Assembly: GCA_038496445.1 (NCBI GenBank)
Contig: JALMLS010000322.1
Coordinates: 806,001 to 870,000, forward strand
Direction of reading: 5' to 3'
Length of the DNA stretch: 64,000 nucleotides
Source of the DNA: Trichosphaerium sp. ATCC 40318
Taxonomy: Eukaryota; Protista; Tubulinea
Below the pieces are notes generated by a model, which ran no database searches, was not told the origin of the DNA, and saw nothing but the letters and a program-made list of their open reading frames with translations. The translations under genes and the position numbers were made by a program. Below are positions 50,377 through 61,698 of this stretch, piece by piece (position 1 is the stretch's first letter; the number at the start of each line of letters is the position of its first letter).

Positions 50377-52235
50377 TTATAAAAAGTAGTCTGGTGTTGG
50401 TCGCTTTGCAGGTACACCACGTGCTTCCTAAAAACAACAATTAATACAAGTATGTGGCAATCAAAAGACGGATAAAAAAGCTCAGTTGAGTTGATTGAAG
50501 ATGAGAAGTGCAAGACGAAATAAAAAGGAAAATGATTTTTTTACAAGCGAAAAAAAAAAAAATTCAAGCACGTACTGCAGGGGCGGCAGAAAAAATCTTA
50601 AAGTCTTGTTTCAAGTTTTCATTGAGTTCTAAAATTGCTGCTACATTGGCACACCTAATAATCACATCAGATAAAAAGATACAAACAGAGAAATTAAGTC
50701 CTCAGAGATCGAAACAACAAAAAAAACTTTTTTTTTGTTTTTTCTTCTAATACTTCAGCAATTTAATTAGATTCTTCGATTTGGAAAGATATCAGCACAT
50801 TAACTCTGACGGCTCTTCCACAAACATCATTGTATTGGAAAATGTGAAAAGGAAAAAAGATCCAAAGAAAAAAAAAAAGAAAACTAGCTTACCTGTAACA
50901 GTAGTTTGGTGCTGACCAAACAGTAACAAGTGTTTCGTTGAACATATACTTATATCCTTCCATAACCAATTGATGAGCACGTGCAATCAAATTAAGACTA
51001 AAGAAAGAAATAAGCAAAAGACGTAAGAAAAAACAACGTAAGAACTTTTTGTTGCAAAGTCTCGCTCGCTTGGAGAAGCAAAGTTCATACCTATTAGTAG
51101 TGTTCCATTTCTGGACTACATCATCACCAAACAAGTAGCCGGCACCACGAGGAGATAAACCCCAACCTAATTAAACGATGAATAAGGGTTAAAAAAAGTG
51201 AAACAAAAAATGACGTTCACGAAGCGACAATGAAATACCACATGACACAAACGACGTACCATCAATATCCTCAGGATCAGACCACATTAAATCACACATA
51301 GGACCATCATGCGGTACTTCTTGTTTCCTATCAATAGCACGAATCTAAAACGAAACGTCAGGCTGGCTTTCAAACAATGAAGAGGAATAAAGTAGAACTG
51401 TAAATACTCAGCGATAAAATACGTACTTGATCAAGCGTACTAATTGAAGGACTAAGACCACCATGTACACAAAATATACGGTCTTCAATTATAGCTGAAA
51501 GAGACAAGTAATCGAATATTTCTGTGCAATAACGCCAAACATTAACAGATCCATATTTACGTAGACATTCATCATAAAACCCGTATACTTGAGTAATTTG
51601 TCGACTTTCATGATTTCCACGTATCAAAGTAATTCTATCTGGGTAACGCACCTATGTAATAGTGTTATACATTGTACAGGGTCTTTGATGACTTGGATTA
51701 CCAGAAGACGGAATTTAAAAAAAGCATTCTGTTTTTCGCTGTAAAAATGGAAAGGTTTCGTAGGTGTGGTTTGGAATTTCAGAGTAAACGCGTTTTGATG
51801 AGAATTTTAAAAACAGGTTTCAAGTGTACGCAACACCTATGAACATCATTTTTTGCTTTTTTACGCCTGTATAACCTCGTTTTATGTACCTTGAGTGCCA
51901 ATAGCAATAAAAATGTCTCTACACTGTAAAATCCACGGTCTACAAAATCGCCCATGAATAAATAATTAGTGTCTGGGCATTCGCCCCCAATTTTAAATAG
52001 CTCTTTAAGATCGTAGAACTGGCCGTGTATGTCACCGCATATCTTTAAAGTACGTCAATTATACATACCAATACTCAATAAGTTGTACCGTGACAGGTGG
52101 GTCGACTCTCTGCACATTACTTTCCTCCACCAAAATCTCTCTAGCTTTAGCGCAAAGCTCTTGAACTTCCCTCTCCTTTATTATTTCGCATCTTTTTAAC
52201 TGCTCTATCTGCCTGTCGAGGTCAGAAGTGGACAT
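50377..52235 (-). CDS. PPP4C: Ser/Thr protein phosphatase 4 catalytic subunit, multi-exon
   Basis: [66 protein letters not shown]-terminal DYFL*. Confidence 0.95.
50749..50836 (-). ncRNA. Intronic box C/D snoRNA, U49/SNORD49-like
   Basis: Terminal stem AATAC/GTATT; box C ATGATG; guide GGAAGAGCCG-T before D' CAGA; C'-like TGCTGA; box D CTGA. The guide is complementary to the conserved LSU rRNA sequence CGGCUCUUCC. Confidence 0.85.
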
Positions 52236-52552
52236 GGCGCTAATGTATTATTTTTATGATCAAAATGGCTTAATTGCGACAAATTTTTGTTCTGGAATAC
52301 ACAACGAAAAGCGCCATGTGTCATGGAATACATTTACACCATTGAATGCTCAATAACAGATAATGCAACAAATTTTTGCGCTTTTTTTTGCGCCTAAATG
52401 ACTTTTGCTGCTGTATAAAGCAGAAACTACGCGTGAATAGCCAATTACGAGTGTTTTAGCGGTACATACACTATTTGTCATTTGGATATTGTTTATGAAC
52501 GCAAACGCAACTTCGCCATCAAAATGCCTTTATTTTAGTGTGTACAAAGTTT

Positions 52553-52925
52553 TTAGATCTCCTTACGCGTCAAACCTACACAATTGTTAAATTATTATCG
52601 CAATTGAATTTTTTTGCTTGTTCGTTTGAATTAGCGCTACGTACCAGGAGGAAGCGATTGTTTAAGCTTATCAACTTTGCTTGGCTCATCAACAACCAAA
52701 GTGTACAAGTAGCGGCTGCATCTTACTTTAAACTTTGTGGTGTTGGTTTTTTTGTTTGTTTTGATGATAACGGCTATCGTGGGCGTCAGGGCGTATATTA
52801 GAGAGCTTCAAAAGCCGTACCAGTGGCATCTTTTCTCCTTGCTGTTAAAAGAAACTGTTTTACCTGATTAATTTGCTTTGGCTAGGACTAGTGAGCGAAT
52901 TGGGGACAAGAGGATGTCGTACCAT
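52553..52925 (-). CDS. RPL38: 60S ribosomal protein L38 (eL38), 4 exons
   Basis: M|[20 protein letters not shown]|AVIIK ... [30 protein letters not shown]|GLTRKEI*; missed by the ORF track. Confidence 0.95.
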
Positions 52926-53259
52926 GATAAAAAGTTTGGAAGAAATACAGAATAATGCGCAATACGTTTAGTCAACTGAAATCCTAACACGTAAAATTCA
53001 AGCCCGTTGTATCTACGGCTTAGCAATGCTATGACGCCCTTTTCGTTCATGTCAATTATCAGGGAGACAGTAATATCGTTTTGAACCGTTAATGATTACT
53101 GCAGAGAACGGTATTAGGCCCATTCGCTTCGCTTTCGCGTGGTGTTATTTAATTCGGCGTTTATATCGAGCTTCCAAGTCGGACCTCGAATTGATAAATA
53201 GCAGCGCGTGTAGCATCTAGTACAAGTAACCAACGCACAAATAGGTGTTTAACAATTTA

Positions 53260-54624
53260 TTAAAATACAATCGTACAAATCAAGACAAAGAAGCAAACCA
53301 ACGCTGCAAACGCGTCGTATAGTAGCGCCGTAACATAAAGTGATCCCATACAACGGCCAGCAGCAAAATGAGAGCGATAACAATGCTTACAATTAGAAAA
53401 TTCAACGTCCTAAAGGTAAGAAAATTAGCGCTGTTTTCAAGCAAACAAGTGTCATTCTACAAGCTCGGCTAGATCGTTTTAAATCTGTTTACGTACATTG
53501 GGTGTGATAAAACGTCGATAACATATCCAACATTTGAGTGTCCCCATTGCTTGTACTTACGCATACGTATCCATTTTGTCATACAAAATTTTACACCACT
53601 TTTGACAGGTAGACTTGCGTGCAAACTCATGTCATCAGTACTCATGTTTGGCTTGTAATCCCAGAATAGTATAGCATCTCCCTTTTATTTAATAGTAAGA
53701 TCTCGTTGCTAATAGCTTATTATTACTTACTGCTGAGGCGTTAACTGTCACTTGTGCTTTTGGAAATGTTGTTTGGCCACCCTAAAAATGATCAATGTTC
53801 TATTCTTGTGGGTGGACTGGCACTTGAAATTACCTCTTCAGGAAGCTTTAAATAAATTAGCGCTGTTGCTATTCGGTTTCCGTATGATCCTAACCATGAC
53901 TTGCCTTTCCTCTAACGTATTTTTAGACAACAAATAACGTAGTTCCATTCACAGTTTGACGTACCTCTGCGAAGTAGTCGTGATGTGATTTGTACTCTTG
54001 TGATTTATCATAGCGCAGCAGGTATAGTGTTTCACCGTTTTCAGGCGGTGTTTGGGACCATGCAGCCAAGCGTGCCTTGTAAAAGATGTCAGTTCCAATA
54101 TCTGTTAAGGTGCAAGATGTACAGTACCTCAATGTCCAAAATGACAGGATCATTTGTCATGTACGATAGAAAAGTACCCTTTGACGTTCTACTTGATGAC
54201 TTGCGATCCTATTACAACGTGTTAAAGGGTTTTTATAGTTGTACTGTAATTGACAGTGATGCTTACTTCACCTTTATCTCCCACGACTTTGGAATCAACC
54301 ACGTATGCGCTTGCTGTCGTTGATTAGATGCCACTGGATTTTGTATTCTTTTTTGTACCAGTGTCTATTATGTGTTGACATGCTTCTGGTGATGCAAATC
54401 CGCGATAAATCTGTACTCTAGGCCTCCAAGACAACGTTTCAATAGGTGTAGGATTTAACGCAGCCAAAGTCGTGCTTTGAGCAGGTTTATGCACTGATAA
54501 CGCCCCTTTGTTGTACTTCAGCGTTTGTAGTTAGTTAACGCGTACCGAGTTTGTAAGTACCCAACAAGGCAAGTACAACTATTGAAACGATGAATACAAT
54601 GGTTTGGGTGCTCCAGTAACGCAT
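53260..54624 (-). CDS. Prolyl 4-hydroxylase (2OG-Fe(II) dioxygenase, plant/algal type), multi-exon
   Basis: N-terminal signal anchor; ETLSWRPR, ENGETLYLLRY ... EYKSHHDYF, NRIATALIYL, GGQTTFP, GDAILFW, SLHASLPVKSGVKFCMTKWIR. Confidence 0.88.
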
Positions 54625-54805
54625 TTTGGTGCATACAACACGTTTACCCTAAAAGGAGCACTCTCTGCTTCAAGGGTTGCCTTCCAAATTATTTTTGATT
54701 GATTTTTCAAGCCGGCTTAGCCACATACACTCAAGTCGCGTTGTTTTATCAGTCTACACGTAGTAGTTTAGTATAACATCTCTCCATCATTGAAGAGTGT
54801 AGAAG

Positions 54806-57278
54806 ATGGAAAAACTGGATAAAATTCTATCTTCTAACTCTGCTCTTCTCCCGAGGCTAATCCGCTTCACTGCAGCACGAGATAAGCGTTCTTATACGCG
54901 TAGCGAGTCATGGTTAAATGGTAAAATATCAGACAATTTTGTAATCATTCGCTTAGAGGAGGTGAGATGCTACCTTTGAATTGTGTACAACTTATACTCG
55001 TTTGCAGGAACAAAAACCACAAACGCAAGAAAAATCAACAAAAAAGAACAAAACAGCAAAGAAGGACACTGAAGACCCAAGCGCTCCGCCTACAACACCT
55101 CCAGAGTGTCCCGCTTCCCTGACATGGCAAAAGGCAATATCTGTTGGTCCAGGCCTTATAAACCTCGGTAAGAGCTCCCTACATCATAACCGAATACCAT
55201 AAAATCGTACAGCTTGCTGTTGCCTTTCGCCTTTCTAAAACTGGTTTAAACCGTCCAAAATATCTTGTACGTGCTCATGCTAACTTGTTCTAGGCAACAC
55301 GTGCTTCCTAAACGCCGTTTTGCAATGCTTGACCTATTCTCCCGCATTTACGAATACTTTGCTCCAAAGGATTCATTCTCGCTCTTGTACTAGAAAAGGA
55401 TTTTGCATGATGTGTGTACTCGAAGGGCACTTCCAAAAAGCACTTGGGTACGATAAATGGCGGAGGAATCACCTAAAAAGCCGTCGCGATTGACATTTTT
55501 TTATAGCAATAACAAGTATCATAAACACGCCCTGAGGCCTTCCTCAATTGCAGGAAACTTAAAAGCTATCGGGAAACAGTTTAAGATATACAGACAAGAA
55601 GATTCGCATGAGTTTTTGAGGTGTTTAGTTGATGCTCTGAGCGGAAAGAAGATGAAGAATCAATATAAACCAGATCTTAATTCTTTGGCTTTCAAATGCT
55701 TTGGTGGTCATTTATGTAGTCGTGTATCATGCTCTAGTTGTAAGCGTGATTCTAATACATATGATCCCGTAATGGACATATCTATAGATATTTTGAAATC
55801 GAACACAGTCAACAAGGTACCCAAGAAACTTTCTGTGAACCAAAAGAAAAACTGACAGTTTTTTTTTTAAACGGTTCTTTCTCTTTAACTCATTTGTTTA
55901 AGGCTCTGCAACAGTTTTTTGGAAAAGATGTTTTAGAGAGAGATAACTCATACAAATGTGAAGGATGTAAGAAGAAAGTGAGGGCTGTTAAGCAGTTCTT
56001 TTTGCACCAACACCCAAATCTGTTGACGATTCAGCTCAAGAGATTTGACTTTATGGGTAAAAAGCTATCTAAAAAGGTAGCATATCCGCCAGTACTAGAT
56101 CTTAAAAGGTTCCTTACTGATAAATCTAAATCAGTGCGTAGCCGTCTCTCATCTACGTGTTGATTTTTTGACTTAAACAAAACTTAGGCACTCTACAAAC
56201 TTCACGCTGTATTGGTTCATGATGGGTATACATCACGATCTGGTCATTATTATGCTTATATAAAGGCGCCTAATCAAACTTGGTACTTGATGGATGATTC
56301 CACTGTACGTGCGGTAGGAAAGCAAGAGGCTATGAGGCAACAAGCTTACTTACTGTTTTACTCCCGAGTGTCTGATGTACGTCTACTTACTTGCGTCAAG
56401 TCTTAATATTTGCTAGGGAGAGCATGTACCTGCACCACAGCCCGATACAGACATGCCAGAAGCGCATGTAGAAACCGAGCAACCACAAGCTAGATCTGGA
56501 TTTCAGTTTAAGAAACGCCAAAAAACAGGGTTTATCAATAGAAAGATGAACAATGGCGCACATGTAGATGAACTTTTATCGAAGACACAACACATGAAAG
56601 GTACGCTAGAGCTCAAAAGATTTTTCTTTTGAGTGGGTCAACTTTTACGCCTTTTTTATTAACAAGAAACATTTTGTATCCGAGTGGGAAATGTCCCATG
56701 TCTTCGATTTTACTATCATCAGTTCAAGCCCTTCATTTTCCAAAAAAATTTTCAACAAAAAAACTTTCCTATTCCCTGAATAACACTCGCTGGTATACTT
56801 TCTGAGTAATTTAACAAAAACAATACCAGCCAGCGTACAAGGAACCAAAAATAGTAACACACGTGAAAAATCACAAAAGTCAAAAAAAGTCAATTATTTT
56901 TCTTCACTCACAACCAACATAATACAATGTCGCTAACACTGCTCTAAAGGGTTTGGTGATAAAAAGAAGCAGAGACAAATAAATAAAGTTATTGCAAAAT
57001 CAAACAGAAAAAGAAATCGCGACGAGCTTGACATTGAATATGATAAAGGCAGGCAAAGAAAAATCAAGAAATCAGTACACAACCAATTCGGTTTTCAACG
57101 TAACGGTAATGATTTCGAACGTGCTGCAAGCAGACCAAATTTTGAGCCTGTTCAATATGGAGGCGGTCGCAATGGTCGTGGTCGTGGCGGTCGCGATTTT
57201 GGCGGTGGAGGTCGTAGAAATAACAAACATAAAAACAAACGTGACAGGAAGAAGAGACGCAGATCCTCAAACTGGTAA
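54806..57278 (+). CDS. Ubiquitin carboxyl-terminal hydrolase, USP36/USP42-like (C19), multi-exon
   Basis: GLINLG|NTCFLNAVLQCL, QEDSHEFL, QLKRF, VHDGYTSRSGHYYAYIK, WYLMDDS, AYLLFY; C-terminal DIEYDKGRQRKIK plus RGG/basic tail. Confidence 0.9.
56601..56949 (+). mobile_element. 349-nt USP intron carrying the same tRNA-headed repeat, copy B
   Basis: A-box-like TATCCGAGTGG (56677), B-box-like GTTCAAGCCC (56722), hairpin 56789-56830, tail AAAGTCAAAAAA; homologous to 17957-18273. Confidence 0.6.
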
Positions 57279-57512
57279 AAAACAACAAAAAAAATCCAAA
57301 AACCCCCAAACTTCTCACTACAACAAAAACGTGGTAGAAAATGAGAAACAACAACAAACAAACAAACCAGTACCACGATACTTCTACTTGCAATAATTCT
57401 TTTTTTTTTTATTTACACGACAAAACAATACAAAAAATTGAGTGTCGAGGAGGATACTATAATTTTTTTTTGTTGGAGAAAGCGATGTTTGTTTTTTCTT
57501 CAAAGAAAAACA

Positions 57513-59970
57513 TCATCCTTTTGTAACATTATTGTTTTTGTTGTATCCAAAAAAGTAGAATGCAAAAGTCAATGCAAGACCAATATGAAGAAGAGCAATG
57601 GCAATAAGGAACAAGAAAGCTTTCGCAAGATGATCTCGTACCTAAAAAAAAACCATAAGTCCAAAAAAAAAAAAAGAGAAAAATAAAGGAAGTGTATTAT
57701 AATAACAAAAGCTGCAACAACTTTTTTCCAGTCTCTACGCTTTTGTAGAGAGAGGCTCAACCACTACTAACTAAAAATCAATACCATATATTTTTTTACC
57801 ATAGACAAACGTCATAGTAATAAATACAGGATTAAAAGTATAGTTGACAGGCGTCTTGGAGTGATTTTTTTTTTTTGAATCAAAATGGTTTTAATTTTAT
57901 TATTGCTTTGACGTACCGGCATCCATATATTAATAACAAGGAACCCAGTCGATACAGCACATGCCAACCCAATTATTGTCCACTGAGCCCAATTATAAGG
58001 GATGATACAAAGCAGCTAAGCAATGGTAAGCAACCTCAAAACGAATGCACAAAACAAAAACCTTGACAATAAAAAACTAGACAGTGCACGTACTGCTACA
58101 GGAATATAAATGAACAACGAATATCCGTAAATACATAACAGCTCTCTAAAGAGTACAAAAGTCAGCGAACAGAAACCAACATAGAAGCGCTACAGATGAA
58201 AAAAAAAAAGAAGAAAAAAAAATTCAACAAAAAAAAAAACCAACTGCAAGTCATTGTGGTGATTCAAAGCGTTTAACGTACATGAATCTAATTTCCAACG
58301 CTGCCCAACAATTCAAACCCAAGTACATGAGTAAAGGAACAGCAATAGTATAAGCATAGATAGCAATTGCGCCATAAGTGACTTTTTCAAAATCGTATTG
58401 CCAATAAAGATCAAATCCATTTTTCTTGTCAAATTCAATGTATGATGCAAAGTTACCACCAGCAGCCATCATGAAAATAACTGTAGTAGCAATCCAGAAT
58501 GGTCCCCATCTTTTAATAGAAAATTAATTAAAGGGATTTGATGAATTGAGTCAAAACAAACCAAGGAAATCTAATTTTTTTTTGTTGTTTTTGCACATGA
58601 CGTACACGTCAGGGTTGCGTTTTGCTGTTTTGATAAAGTCGCTTTTGAATGGTATGAGACTAGCCAAACACCTCTTTATAACATCTTGCGAGTCAACATC
58701 AAAGAATTGTCTGTAAAACGCCTAGAAGAAAAAACAAAGTCAGTCGACTTCATTTTTTTTTGAATACAATTTTTTCACTGCTTGTAAAACACGTACAATG
58801 GTGCACCATGCGTATTTTGATGATGGTTCTTCTTCCATACGTTCCAAGTAATTTGGGTTACTATTGTCTAGAGGTACCTAGATAACATATTAGTAAATAC
58901 AAGCAAAACAAAGCAAAAAAAAAAAAGCAATCAAAAAAGTCAAAACGAGACTCTTTTTTTTTTGTCTTTTAAAAACGCCTATATCTCTGCATTACTAAAC
59001 TCAATGTAGCATATATACATACACATACAATGAACTACTTGAATTCGAGGTATACCAGGGTTTTATTTGAAAAAAGAAAACCAGTCCGGTCACCGGACAA
59101 TCTCGTTTTATTTTTTTGAGAATCTTGTAAACGACCAAAAAAAAAAAACTGTTAAGGTAAGTATGTACCGTTGCAATATCCTCGTGTTGGTACGCATAAG
59201 GGTTTTGGGCATCACCGGCTGGTGCTGAAGGTGGTGGGTTACCTCCACTTCCATAACTGCCTCCTACGACTACAGCTGGCTTATTATCGCCACTATCCAT
59301 TACAACAGGCTCTTCGAACCCTTCATTAGTGCCTACAATATCAAAGGTTAGATTTAACCGTTGTTTAACAGAGTTTCATTCAAAATAAAATTTCTGGTTG
59401 ATGTCTTAACGTTTGCGCTTTCTATGTGTCACCAGTAATTATTTTGAAGCGTTTCGCGTATTTTGTAGACAACAACGGCGCGTAGTAGGCTAAATTGCGT
59501 AGATGGAAACAAAAAAAAATAAACAAAGTGCAGAAAGGCATTTGAGCATTAGTTTTAGTTGAAAAAAGCGTATTTTGAGGGATGGAAAATTATTTGGACG
59601 GTTCTTGAGGTGACATACCAATCACGTCGTGATAATCGGCGTTTGGAGGTGACTGTGCCTGTGGTTGTGCTATTGGTTGTGGTTGTGGCGCTACAAATGG
59701 GTCTGCAGGTTTGTTTTGCCCTGCGAACGGGTCATAATCGTCTATTCCTAAATTTATGCGTTAGGCGCTTTATGGTGCTAATAGTGTTATGTGGAGCGTT
59801 TGAAACGAAAAGGAGTAGTTTTGGTTTTAATTTATTTGGTGGGTTACCTTTAGCAAAAGGGTTTACATCTTGAGTATCAGCAAACGGGTTTAACTACAAT
59901 CTCACGTTAGATACAGTTATTCATTCACTTTGTTTTAAGATAATAATAGTAGTACTTGATCGTCGCTCAT
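57513..59970 (-). CDS. Yip1-domain (YIPF1/2-like) membrane protein with NPF/DPF-motif N-terminal extension, multi-exon
   Basis: FYRQFFDVD, NPD|xWGPFWIATT, YGYSLFIYIP; 5' exons MSDDQ|LNPFADTQDVNPFAK|GIDDYDPFAGQNKPADPF splice in frame to GTNEGFEEPVVMDSG. Confidence 0.85.
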
Positions 59971-60577
59971 ATTAGCAGTGTGGAAGTTATGTTACTTTGA
60001 TAACAGCTGCTCGTTAAATTGTAGGAAGTCAATAAAAGTAAGAGTGCGTTTTGCTTTCTCGCCCAAAAATATGCCAACAATCAATTAGAACCCTAGATAC
60101 GTCGTTTCGTGTCATGTGGTGAACGAGAGTGTAGGAATGAACGGATGTACAAACCCTGTGATAAATGAGTCTTTGGAATCCTGAAACAACAGCTAAGTAC
60201 TGTTTAAGACTAAATAATATGAAAACCTCACCAAAACGCTCCCATCGTGCTATAGGCTTTGTTAATACGATACTAGGCCATTAGCTAAAAATTGACAATC
60301 TGGTTTGCACAAAAAAGATCTGCTTGACAGGCGTTCACATTTAAAAATATAAGATTTACAAGTTCTACATCAGGGTTAGATTCCGAAGAAACTCAATGTT
60401 TGCTAATAGTCATTCTGAAGACAGCTATAGTGGAAAATCTACACATAAATTGTGAAACAAACACGTGACAGTTTCTCATTTTCGTCTACGTTTCGTACCA
60501 AGAGTCGGAATAATACAACCCATATATACCGACGTATAAAAAGATAGTTCATTGTGATGTATATACTTGCAACTTGT

Positions 60578-61254
60578 TTATTCTGCTAGCTCCACAACAG
60601 CCAAATCTACGGCAGCGATATCTATGGCATCCACATGAAATACCATGTTATTGTAACCACCTATATATCCAACATGCCTGTGATAATCACCAGAAACCCA
60701 AACACACGAAAACTCTATGCCTTGCAGCTCAAATACTTTTTTAACAGTGTCCTTTTTCCATTGTTCAGAACAAATGGAGTTCACCTCTTGCCTCGTTGTG
60801 TCCAAGCGAAGCTGCAAATATTAGGTACAACAGTGGTACTTCAACGTACATTAGCTTGTATTTCGGCTTTGACCTCTGCCAATACACTTCGGAGCACCTC
60901 AAGCTCGTTCTTAAACTGCGTCCATGCCACTCTATCACCTAAACAACTATTAGACAACAAATCTAGTTTTTGCCACGTGACCTAGTCTTTTGAATACTAT
61001 GTCTTCTATGGGTACAGTCACATGATATCTCTCCTTACAAGACAGAATAGCGGAACAAAATTCTGTCCAGTCTGTTACCTTTTCGACAACGCGCCCTTCT
61101 GTACACCAGTTCCTTTCCAAATGCTCCGTTAATAATGTCTCTCAGAGAAAAAAGCATACTTGGTTTGTCTCAATGGCTCTGTCGTTGCCCTTACAAGTAC
61201 TAACAAGGCGAAGAAGTACAATAAAGTGACATAAGATAAGTGTAGTGCCTCCAT
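60578..61254 (-). CDS. Small secreted or membrane-anchored protein of unknown function, multi-exon
   Basis: MEALHLSYVTLLYFFALLVL| hydrophobic first exon, GT-AG introns, final exon is ORF 60578-60817. Confidence 0.5.
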
Positions 61255-61698
61255 CTCTTAGGCACGAAAATATGGCAGGTGTTTAAGCCACGTGCTATTT
61301 GTACAGTTCTAAATAAGGACATTGGGCTTTAGAAGTTACTTTGGCGTCAATGAAGATGGTGTTGCTATTTCAATAGCTTTGAAGTATTATTTTGTTTCTG
61401 GTTTGAGAAATTCTACAACTAACTACTTCTTCGTTTACAAATACAACTTGGCTTAGTTTTCGTACCTGTCAGACCCGATCTTCTGGGACCCTCAATCGTA
61501 TGTAACATAGCCGTATTTGACGGTAAAGGATACATTCCTGACAGATAGTAGAGGCAGAAAGAGCTGGAGTTATTTACAATAACACAACCAGTGGCGAAAC
61601 GAGAGCTAGCTATTTTGTTCAGACTTTAACTGGTTGAGTATGTGGTTGTAAAACAGAGCTTTATTGCAAGCAAGTATTATTGATTAAACAGTACAAAA

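Noticed and set aside
52868-53050. 60-aa ORF MNEKGVIALL...
   Set aside because: Overlaps the RPL38 5' region and first intron; RPL38 explains the locus.
59084-59098. Perfect hairpin GTCCGG-TCA-CCGGAC in a Yip1 intron
   Set aside because: Only a 6-bp stem with no second copy or box motifs.
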